A stretch of 64,000 nucleotides of DNA, taken from the NCBI GenBank assembly GCA_038087875.1, contig CM075995.1:5892001-5956000 (forward strand), given 5' to 3'. Below the pieces are notes generated by a model, which saw nothing but the letters and a program-made list of their open reading frames with translations, made no database searches and was not told the origin of the DNA. Positions 26,119-37,011 of the stretch are shown here, in pieces (the first letter of the stretch is position 1; every line of letters begins with the position of its first letter). The position numbers were made by a program, and so were the translations under genes. This DNA comes from Malacoraja senta. Taxonomy: Eukaryota.

Positions 26119-28393
26119 CAACTTGACGCTCAACGCAGCAAAGTGTACATTTGCAGCATCCGAGATCAATTTTCTCGGGTACAGACTGGACAATGTCCAA
26201 GCCATCAACGCGCTCCCCACCCCAACTGACGTGAAAGAGTAAGCTTCATTTCTGGGCACCACCAACTTCTACCGCAAGTTCGTGCCGCAGTACGCGCAGA
26301 TCGCAGAATCGCTACAGAAGTTGCTACGGAAAGACACACAGTGGGAATGGACAAGTGAGCAGGACATCGCGTTCAACACGCTGAAAGACAAAATAGCATC
26401 TCCGCCTGTTCTCGCGCACTTCGACCCAAGTGCTGAAACGTATGTCACAACAGACGCTTCCTGTATCGCGATCGAAGCGGTGTTATCGCAGTGCATCGAT
26501 GCAAGCGAACAACCGATCGCATTTGTGTCCCGTCCCTTGACTGCAACCAAACGCAAGTACTGCACCAGGGAACGCGAAGCATTAGCGTGCATCTACGCGT
26601 GTGAACACTGGCACGTATACCTATACTCTCCGTACGGATCACCAAGCGCTGACTACGTTACTGGACATGTCAGGCTCACGACATCGCCCGCTCCGGATCT
26701 ACAGATGGTCCGATCGCCTTCATCAGTACAACTTCGAAGTTGAATACCTCGCAGGTTCATGCAATCGCATCGTAGACATGCTCAGTCGCGTCCCAACATG
26801 ACACCCACACGTACACGCGATAGCGACGCTTCAAGCAACATCGACTACTACATTCTCGCGGTGATTTCGCACGCGATGACGAATCTAGTAACGCGGGAAG
26901 AGCTGAAAGCAGAGTCGACAGCTGACAGCACACTGCAAACCATCTGCCAGTATCTCGACTGACTGGCCCAAGGAGATAGCAGACGACTTTGTTCCGTACC
27001 ACCGGGTACGCCACGAACTGGCAGTGTTTGACGATACATGTGTCACGCGCGGAACTCGAGAGGTTATACCCAAATCACTGCAACACCGCGTGTTACAACT
27101 GGCACATGAAGGACACCCGGGCGTTGATAAGATGAAACAATGGTGTCGCGAGGCAGTGTGGTGGCCAGCAATAGATCGTCGCGTAGATTTAGTCAAAAAT
27201 TGTGAAGCATGCACAATTAGCAAGAAGTCAACAAAACCACGTCCTGCTCCTCTTCAGCCAATCCCATGGCCGGCCAAACCATGGAAGCACTTGCAAGTCG
27301 ACATCTTCGGAGAGGTGCAAGCTATGCCAAGAAGCCAGCGGTTTCTACTTGTAGTACATGATCTCCACAGCAAGTGGCCTGAGATCGCAACTACTTCTTC
27401 TGTCACGACAAGCTCGATCATCGCGATTCTCGAAAAGCTGTTTACCAAGTGGGGACTGCCGGAGGTCATAACGACAGACAACAGCCCACAGTTCATATCT
27501 GAACAGTTCTCCACCTTCCTTGCGAGGTACGACATTCAACATCAGCGGACGTCACGATACAACCCCCAATTGAACGGCGGGGTTGAACGATTCAATTGCG
27601 TGATCAAAGAAAGCATAAAAGCGAGCATGTCGGAGGGGAAAACATTCGAACAGTCAATCCATATCCTCCTCCGATCCTACAGATCCACACCGCACAAGCT
27701 GACTGGGAAAACGCCAGCAGAGCTGATGATAGGGCGAAAAACATGCGAACGAAACTGAATGCTCTTCAATCAACATCGCACCCAAATCCAGACACAAAAG
27801 CGAGGGCGGAAACGATAGCACACAGACAAGCGAAAGGGAAAGCGTACTGTGATGCCAAACGCAGAGTACGAGTGCCGCGGTTCAAGGTCAGTGACTGGGT
27901 ACGAATCAGCCGCCCAAACAGACAGCATAAGCTCGCAAGCGCACTCTCAAAGCCAATACAGATCAAATGGTGACTCGGCAAGAACGTGTACCTCCTCCAA
28001 GACGACACCAGACGGAGGCGAGGCGTCTTATCGCAAGCAGACAGAGACAGGAAGAAGACGAACCGGACGCTTTTCCTTTCCCGATATCCAGTCAAGACAG
28101 CGATCGCGGTCAGCATACAGCAGAGCAGCCAAATCCCAGCTTGACTCTCTCAGCGACAGAAGAGGAGACCTCAGTATCTGCAAGATTTTCAGCTGTGAAG
28201 CTATAAACAGTTATATTCACTGAGCAGTTATTTTTTTGGACTTCCGTTTATTAATAGAGGACATGAAATTTGAAAGGACGTTGGACTGATTTCATATGGA
28301 CTTATATTTGATTTGATAACTGGACTTAAATGATCACCTTCATTTACAAGGAGGGGTAAATATGTTGTGTCTGGGTAAGACTGTCCGTACAGT

Positions 28394-28685
28394 TGATAAT
28401 TGCTCGTTTCTAAGCTTCCCCCCCAGTCTAGTTTCAGTAAAAACACTGAATCAAGCACTTGAATCAACTAAATTTTATTTTACCAAAAGCGCATCACAGA
28501 TCACACACTGTACCTATCCCACTGCGGGTTCGACCCCTGCGTCTATCTGTTCAAGCCCTCTAGGCCTCACGCAGGCAGAAGCACTCCAGAAGCTCTTCCA
28601 GATGATCGACCCTGAGCCTCGTGACCACGGACTTTTATATACCCTGCAAACTCGAGGGCCAAACCACACGGGGGTTGTCTCTTAA
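28394..28685 (-). repeat. Possible retroviral-type LTR fragment
   Basis: Starts TGATAA exactly where the Gypsy 2 3' LTR stops. The minus strand has TATATAAAAG (~28635), AATAAA (~28475) and ends in ...TATCA. Confidence 0.4.
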
Positions 28686-28849
28686 AGGCCTGTCTCACGA
28701 GTCTGCGGACATTGGCGGCGAAACAGGAACTATCTACCGCTCCTGGGCCGCCAGAGACCGCGGGCTCGGTCAAACGCACAATTCAGGGGCCGTGTGGCGT
28801 TGTTCCCAACACCGCATGGTGCTAAAAAAAAACAACACTGTCCAAAAAT

Positions 28850-29203
28850 ATGTTCCTACCACACAGCCGCCGCCAGTGAGGCACGAGTGCGGCACGGTCA
28901 CCGCCACAGCCGCCGCCAGTGAGGCACGAGCGCCGTGAGTCGAACCTGCACCGCCACAGCCTCCGCCAGTGAGGCACGTGTGCGGCACGGCCGCCGCCAC
29001 AGCCGCCGCCGGAGGAAAGACGCATCTCCGACCAGATAGGGACTGAGAAAAAACAGTCTCCCCTTACCCCCCCCCCCCCCACCACCCCCCACATAAAAAG
29101 ACTAGACCTCCAAAACAAAACTTTTTAACATACTAAAAATAAAAAGAAGGGTGAAAGGACGAACAGCTCCAGGCTGGGCAGCCATACTCGATGGCGGCCG
29201 CAC
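28850..29203 (-). mobile_element. Non-coding retroposon, copy C (5' part only)
   Basis: GC head, T tract, G tract and GC body as in copies A and B. Internal repeat CCGCCAGTGAGGCACG occurs three times. Confidence 0.5.
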
Positions 29204-29857
29204 AAGAGAGTGGCATAACATAAAACTACAGTGAATGGGCGATTGATAGTCGGCATCGACAGTGGACCGAAGGGCATGTTTCCATGCTGTATCTCTCTAA
29301 ACTCTCTCCCGAAGATCTCCCTTCAATCTCTAATGCTCCAGATGAAACAATCCAAGTTTGTCTAACCTCTCCTTATAGTCTGAAGAAGGATCTCGACCCG
29401 AAGCGTTGCCCATTCCTTCTCTCCAGAGATGCTGCCTCACCCGCTGAGTTACTCCAGCATTTTTTGTCTCTCCTTATCGCTAATACCCTCAATCTGGGCA
29501 GCATTCCAGTAAACCTCTTCTGCATCCTCTCCAAAGCCTTCACATTCTTACTATGATGAGGCGACCAGAACAGCATATAACACTCCAAATGCAGTCTATC
29601 CAAAGTTTTATAACATGACTTCCTGACTCTTATACTCAATACTCCTAAAGATGAATTTTGCATAAATAATACAGACACTCGCAAATTCTGCAAGACAAAA
29701 ATAATGGGAAGCCTGCACAGAAAAACTGGACATATGTGCAAAATACAATTAGAAAAATCAAGTCCATGGTAGTATTAGAGGTGGTCCGTAATGTTCAAGG
29801 TACAAGCTGGTACTAATGGACCGACTGGGCTTATATTCACTGGAAAAATGGATCAAA

Positions 29858-32600
29858 TGAAACATAGAAACGAAACATAGAAAATAGGTGCAGCAGGAGG
29901 CCATTCGGCCCTTCGAGCCAGCACCGCCATTCATTGTGATCATGGCTGATCGTCCCCTATCAATAACCCGTGCCTGCCTTCTCCCCATATCCCTTGACTC
30001 CACTAGCCCCTAGAGCTCTATCTAACTCTCTCTTAAATCCATCCAGTGACTTGGCCTCCACTGCCCTCTGTGGCAGGGAATTCCATAAATTCACAACTCT
30101 CTGGGTGAAAAAGTTTTTTTCTCACCTCAGTCTTAAATGACCTCCCCTTTATTCTAAGACTGTGGCCCCTGGTTCTGGACTCGCCCAACATTGGGAATTT
30201 TTTTCCTGCATCTAGCTTGTCCAGTCCTTTTATAATTTTATTTGTCTCTATAAGATCCCCCTCATCCTTCTAAACTCCAGTGAATACAAGCCTAGTCTTT
30301 TCAATCTTTTTTTATTTTATTTATTTATCATTATACTTATGGGCGCCTTTCAAAGGCTCTCAAGGACGCCTTGCAGATAAGCAGATTACAAAACATATAA
30401 GCAGAATAAAAAATAAAAAAAAATAGTAGGGACATCAACAACATCACAATACACAAATTAAGGACAGAATTCATTCCAAAGGCACAAAAAAGAAAATCAG
30501 AAACAATTTGAGGCGAGTGCAGCGGCAGCTAAACCGCGCCAGCGTCCACTCTCCCCTCCGACCGCTATCTTGAACACAGACCAACAAAGACACAGCACAC
30601 AAAAATCATCCCCCCACAATGATTACCACTGTGGGGGAAGGCACAATGTCCAGTCCCCAACCCCAGTTCACCCAAAGTCAGGCCTATTGAGGCCTCCGCT
30701 ATTGCCTCTACGGAGGCCCGATACTCCTGTCCGTTTTCACTGGGTGATGTTGCCCCAGCGCCAGGAGAGTCCACTCAGCGGCTGGGCCACCTGGAACGGC
30801 CGCATTCCTTACCGGAGGCCGCGGCTTCCGAAGCCGACAAGGCCGCGCCGGTTTGGAGCTCCCAGGCTCCCGATGGTGAAGTCGGCGCCGCCCACTCTTC
30901 TCCGCAGACCCGCAGCCCGGAGGTGTCGAACGCACGGTCACAGCTCACCAGAGCTCTAGCGCGGCGACCCAGGCAAGGCATCGCCCGCTCCGCTCCGCGA
31001 TAGCGCTCCAGCGCTGTGCCGCCACCGAAGCCGAGGTGCTGGGCGGCCCCCGCCAGGAAACGGCGCTCCAAGCCCGCTGGTAGGCCACGAGGAAGGGTCG
31101 ACGGGGCAGCCCGGAGAAAAAGCTGCCTCACCGACCTAGAAATGAGGTTACCCCCTTCACCCCACATTAAAAGTCGGATTACTCCCACAGGACAAACGCA
31201 GGACTCACTAAAAACTATTAAAAAAGTGAATTAAACGGACGGCTGCTGATTAGCAGCCGTCCCCCAAGATCCTCCCTCATATGACAGTCCCGCCATCCCA
31301 GGGATCAATCTCGTGAACCTACGCTGCACTGCCTCAATCACAAGGATGTCCTTCCTCAAATTAGGAGACCAAAACTGTACACAATACTCCAGATGTGGTC
31401 TCACCAGAGCCCTATACAACTGCAGAAGAACCTCTTTACTCCTATACTGAAATCCTCTTGTTATGAAGGCCAACATTCCATCAGCTTTCTTCACTGCCTG
31501 CTGTACCTATAAGCCAACTTTCAGTGACCGGTGTCTCGCTGCACCTCCCCCTTACCTACCCTAACCCCATTGAGATAATAATCTGCCCCTTGTTTTTGCT
31601 GCCAAAGTGGATAACCTCACATTTATCTATATTATACTGCATCTGCCACGCATCTGCCCACTCACTCAACCTGTCCAGGTCACCCTGCAACCTCCTAACA
31701 TCCTCTTCACAGTTCACACTGCCACCCAGCTTTGTGTCATCCGCAAACTTGCTATTGTTGCTCCTAATTCCCTCTTCCAAATCATTAATATATATGGTAA
31801 ACAGTTGCGGCCCCAACACCGAGCCTTGCGGCACTCCACTCGCCACTGCCTGCCATTCTGAAAAGGACCCGTTCGCTCCTACTCTTTGCTTCCGGTCTGC
31901 CAACCAATTTTCTATCCACGTCAACACCCTAACCCCAATACCATGTGCTCTAATTTTAGTCACCAGTCTCCCATGCGGGACCTTATCAAAGGCTTTCTGA
32001 AAGTCTAGATACACTACATCCACTGGCTCCCCTTCATCCATTTTACTTGTCACATCCTCAAAAAACTCCAGAAGATTAGTCAAGCATGATTTCCCTTTCA
32101 TAAATCCATGTTAACTCGGATTAATCCTTTTACTGCTATCCAAACGCCCCATTATTACCTCTTTAATAATTACCTTTTACTGCTATCCAAACGCCCCATT
32201 ATTACCTCTTTAAAACTCCAGCATCTTTCCCACCACCGGTCAGGCTAACTCGTCTGTAATTCCCCGTTTTCTCTCTCGCTCCTTTCTTGAAAAGTGGGAT
32301 AACATTAGCTATCCTCCAATCCACAGGAACTGATCCTGAATCTATTGAACATTGGAAAATGATCACCAATGCATCCACTATTTCTAGAGCCACCTCCCTG
32401 AGGACCCTGGGATGCAGACCATCAGGCCCAGGGGATTTATCATCCTTCAGTCCTATTAGCCTACCCAATACTATTTCTCGCCTAATGAAAATATCTTTCA
32501 GTTCCTCTACCCTCTTAGATCCTCTGTCTTCCAGTACATCTGGGAGATTGTTTGTGTCTTCCTCAGTGAAGACAGTGAAGTACCTATTCAACTCTTCTGC
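29858..32600 (-). mobile_element. CR1 LINE, 5'-truncated, interrupted by retroposon D
   Basis: RT ORFs 32202-32591, 31556-32101 and 31231-31494, plus the 3' end at 29858-30308. The sequence is continuous across the insertion. Confidence 0.92.
30309..31270 (-). mobile_element. Non-coding retroposon, copy D, with an L2-type 3' tail
   Basis: Minus-strand 3' end GCAAGGCGTCCTTGAG...GAAAGGCGCCCATAA followed by (TAAA)n. Interrupts a CR1. Confidence 0.7.
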
Positions 32601-32684
32601 CAGAATGGGCTTATATTCACTGGAATAATAGATCGACTGGGCTTATATTGACTGGAATTTAGGATGAGAGGGGATCTTATAGAA

Positions 32685-35600
32685 GCAATAGAAAGGAAGG
32701 ACATTAGCTTGGAGGATGTGGAATCGATATGGGTAGAGCTGCGAAACATTAAGGGGCAGAAAACGCTAGTGTGTGTTGTGTACAGGCCACCTAACAGTAG
32801 TAGTGGAGTTGGGGATGGCATCAAACAGGAAATTAAAAATGCGTGCAACAAAGGTAAAACAGTTATAATAGGTGACTTCAATCTACATATAGATTGGGTG
32901 AATCAAATTGGCAGGGGTGCTGAGGAAGAGGATTTCTTGGAATGTATGCGGGATAGTTTTCTAAACCAACATGTAGAGGAACCAACGAGAGAGCAGGCTA
33001 TTCTAGACTGGGTATTGAGTAATGAGGAAGGGTTAGTTAGCAGTCTTGTTGTGCGTGGCCCCTTGGGCAAGAGTGACCATAATATGGTTGAGTTCTTCAT
33101 TAGGATGGAGAGTGACATTGTTAATTCAGAAACAAGGGTTCTGAACTTAAAGAAAGGTAACTGAGGGTATGAGATGTGAATTGGCCAAGATTGACTGGCA
33201 ATTGATTCTTAAAGGGTTGACGGTGGATATACAATGGAAGGCATTTAAAGACTGCATGGATGAACTACAACAATTGTTCATCCCAGTTTGGCAAAAGAAT
33301 AAATCAGGGAAGGTAGTGCATCCGTGGATAACAAGGGTAATCAGGGGTAGTATCAAAACAAAAGATGAAGCGTACAAATTAGCCAGAAAAAACAGCCTAC
33401 CAGAGGACTGGGAGAAATTCAGAGTCCAGCAGAGGAGGACAAAGGGCTTAATTAGGAAAGGGAAAATAGATTATGAAAGAAAACTGGCAAGGAACATAAA
33501 AACTGACTGCAAAAGTTTTTATAGATATGTGAAGAGAAAAAGATTAGTTAAAACAAATGTAGGTCCCTTGCAGTCAGAAACAGGTGAATTGACCATGGGG
33601 AACAAGGACATGGCAGACCAATTGAATAACTACTTTGGTTCTGTCTTCACTAAGGAAGACATAAATAATCTGCCGGAAATAGCAGGGGACCGCAGGTCAA
33701 ATGGGATGGAGGAACTGAGTGAAATCCAGGTTAGCCGGGAAGTGGTGTTAGGTAAATTGAATGGATTAAAGGCCGATAAATCCCCAGGGCCAGATAGGCT
33801 GCATCCCAGAGTACTTAAGGAACTAGCTCCAGAAATAGTGGATGCATTAGTAATAATTTTTCAAAACTCCTTAGATTCTGGAGTAGTTCCTGAGGATTGG
33901 AGGGTAGCTAATGTAACCCTACTTTTTAAAAAGGGAGGGAGAGAGAAAATGGGGAATTACAGACCAGTTAGTCTAACATCGGTAGTGGGGAAACTGCTAG
34001 TCAGTTATTAAAGATGGGATAGCAGCACATTTGGAAAGTGGTAAAATCATTGGACAAAGTCAGCATGGATTTACGAAAGGTAAATCATGTCTGACGAATC
34101 TTATAGATTTTTTGAGAATGTAACTAGTAGAGTAGATACATTGTTGGCGGCGCTGTCGAACAGCAGCGGCTCGCCTGCAGTCCGTCTGTTTTTACTTTTT
34201 TTGTTGTTTTCTTTTGTCCTGTTTTATTTAAATTTTAGTTTATTGGGTTGTGTATGTGTGGGGTGGGGGGGTGAAACATTATTTTTGTCTCTTCCTTCGG
34301 GGGAATGCGACTTTTTCTTGTCGTATCCCCCTTCTCTGCCTCCGTGTGCGCCGAGGCCTAATGGCGGAGCTGCCGGCCTCCAACTCCAACTGCGAGCGAC
34401 CGACCTCGAAGCTCCGGAGGCAGAGCCAGGACTTACCAGCGCGGGGCTGGCCGGCTTCGGGGCTGTGGTGGCGACCGAGGACACTGGTGGCGACCTGAAT
34501 CTGTAGGCTCGGCCGCGGGCCCGGTGGACGACATCGTTGGGAGCTTGCAGGTCACAGGTGGGTGACCTGTTTTTCTGGAGCTCCCGCAACTACAGCTGCG
34601 TCCGCTGGACTGGAGGGCGGCAGCTTCGGCAGCTTCGGCCACCCCGGGCCGCGGAGTTTGAACCGGCCCATCGCGGAGCACGGATTCAGCCGCGGGATTG
34701 ACTTACCATCACCCGGCGGGGTCACAACATCAGAAGCCTGGATCGCCTCGGCGCAGAGGAAGAACAAAGCGGGAAGAGACAGAGACTTTAAGACTTTTGC
34801 CTCCATCACAGTGAGGAGGTGCCTGGTGAACTCACTGTGGTGGATGTTAATTTGTGTTTATTGTGTGTTTTGTTATTTATTATTATATGTATGACTGCAG
34901 GCAACGAAATTTCGTTCAGACCGAAAGGTCTGAATGACAAATAAAGGAATCTCTAATCTCTAAGATAAGGGAGAACCAGTGGATGTGTTATATCTGGACT
35001 TTCAGAAGGCTTTCGACAAGGTCCCACATAAGAGATTAGTATACAAACTTAAAGCACACGGTATTGGGGGTTCAGTATTGATGTGGATAGAGAACTGGCT
35101 GGCAAACAGGAAGCAAAGAGTAGGAGTAAACGGGTCCTTTTCAGAATGGCAGGCAGTGACTAGTGGGGTACCACAAGGCTCAGTGCTGGGACCCCAGCCA
35201 TTTACAATATATATTAATGATTTGGACGAGGGAATTGAATGCAACATCTCCAAGTTTGCGGATGACACAAAGCTGGGGGGCAGTGTTAGCTGTGAGGAGG
35301 ATGCTAGGAGGCTGCAAGGTGACTTGGATAGGCTGGGTGAGTGGGCAAATGCATGGCAGATGCAGTATAATGTGGATAAATGTGAGGTTATCCACTTTGG
35401 TGGCAAAAACAGGAAATAGACTATTATCTGAATGGTGGCCGATTAGGAAAAGGGGAGATGCAACGAGACATGGGTGTCATGGTACACCTGTCATTGAAAG
35501 TAGGCATGCAGGTGCAGCAGGCAGTGAAGAAAGCGAATGGTATGTTAGCATGCATAGCAAAAGGATTTGAGTATAGGAGTAGGGAGATTCTACTGCAGTT

Positions 35601-36155
35601 GTAGAGGGTCTTAGTGAGACCACACCTGGAGTATTGCGTACAGTTTTTGTCTCCAAATCTGAGGAAAGACATTCTTGCCATAGAGGGAGTACAGAGAAGG
35701 TTCACCAGACTGATTCCTGGGATGTCGGGACTTTCATATGAAGAAAGACTGGATAGACTCGGCTTGTACTCGCTAGAATTTAGAAGATTGAGGGGGGATC
35801 TTATAGAAACTTACAAAATTCTTAAGGGGTTGGACAGGCTAGATGCAGGAAGATTGTTCCTGATGTTGGGGAAGTCCAGGACAAGGGGTCACAGTTTAAG
35901 GATAAAGGGGAAATCTTTTAGGACCGAGATGAGAAAAACATTTTTCACACAGATGCAGTATAATCTCAGGAATTCTCTGCCACAGAAGGTAGTTGAGGCC
36001 AGTTCATTGGCTATATTTAAGAGGGAGTTAGATGTGGCCCTTGTGGCTAAAGGGATCTGGGGGTATGGAGAGCAGGCAGGTACAGGATACTGAGTTGGAT
36101 GATCAACCATGAAGGGCCGAATGGCCTACTCCCGCACCTATTTTCTATGTTTCTA
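32685..36155 (+). mobile_element. CR1 ORF2 and 3' end (same subfamily as 6344-10881), interrupted by retroposon E
   Basis: ORFs 32664-33164, 33169-34011, 34979-35419 and 35614-36093 closely match the first CR1. Confidence 0.93.
34139..34962 (+). mobile_element. Non-coding retroposon, copy E, with a Rex1-type 3' tail
   Basis: TSD AGATA (34134-34138 and 34963-34967). 3' stem-loop TTCAGACC-GAAA-GGTCTGAA, then ATGACAAATAAAG and (AATCTCT)n. Confidence 0.8.
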
Positions 36156-36487
36156 TATAAAATACTTAAGGGATTGGACAGGCTAGATGCAGGAAAATGT
36201 TCCCGATGTTGGTGGATTCCAGAACCAGGGGTCACAGTTTAAGAATAAGGGGTAGGCCATTTTGGACTGAGATGAGGAAAAACCTTTTCACCCAGAGAGT
36301 GGTGAATCTGTGGGATTTCAAGAGAGAGTTAGATATATCTCTTGGGACTAATGGAATCAAGGGATTATGGGGAGAAAGCAGGAACAGGGTACTGATTTTG
36401 GATGATCAGCCATGATCATATTGAATGACAGTGCTGGCTCGAAGGGCCGAATGATCTCCTGCACCTATTTTCTGTGTTTCTATGTTT
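36156..36487 (+). mobile_element. CR1 3' fragment
   Basis: TRGHSLRIRGRPF motif, 3' UTR and tail. Confidence 0.85.
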
Positions 36488-37011
36488 CAGCAGCAGACAG
36501 GAGAGCACTGCAGAGGGTGATCAAAACTGCCCAGAAAATTATCAGCTGCCCTCTGCCTTCCCTGGAAGACATCTCCAGCTCTCGGTGCCTCTGTAGAGCC
36601 AGGAAAATAATCAAAGACCCCTCCCATCCTGGACAGTTCCTGTTCAACGTCCTGGCCTCTGGTAGGCGGTACAGGTGCGTCAAAAGCCGGACAAGCAGAC
36701 TGAAGAACAGTTCTTTCCCTGGGCCATTAGAACTCTAAATTCCTCAAATATCCACACAACATGAGAATGCTGTTATCCATTCCACTATAAAACAGACCAC
36801 TCAGCTAATATTTCTTCTTTTTTAACTCTTTTAAAGTATTTATTAAATTTTAAAGTGTAATATTCTCCCAGTGCAATGTTCTACCTAGGTGTGATAATTA
36901 TAATTTATCTACTATTTTAAGCAGTTAAATAACGTATTGAATGTATTGGATGTCTTTTTATCTTGTTTGGACTTGCTTTGCTTGCACTGATCAGGGGTAG
37001 CTCTCCTAATT
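36488..37011 (+). mobile_element. Rex1/Babar 3' fragment
   Basis: ADRRALQRVIKTAQKII...DPSHPG...SGRRYR followed by an AT-rich 3' UTR. Confidence 0.8.

Larger units (their letters stand above)
21424..28393 (+). mobile_element. Gypsy LTR retrotransposon 2 (decayed; gag partly deleted; 3' LTR truncated)
   Basis: 5' LTR 21424-~21611, PBS, protease (LLIDVGTKVSIL), RT (LYGLCSAPSAFQ...LLDDVVI), RNase H (VTTDAS), integrase (HEGHPG...CEAC, TDNSPQF, NGGVERFN), PPT AGGAGGGG at ~28350, and a 3' LTR start at 28363-28393 matching the 5' LTR. Confidence 0.93.
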
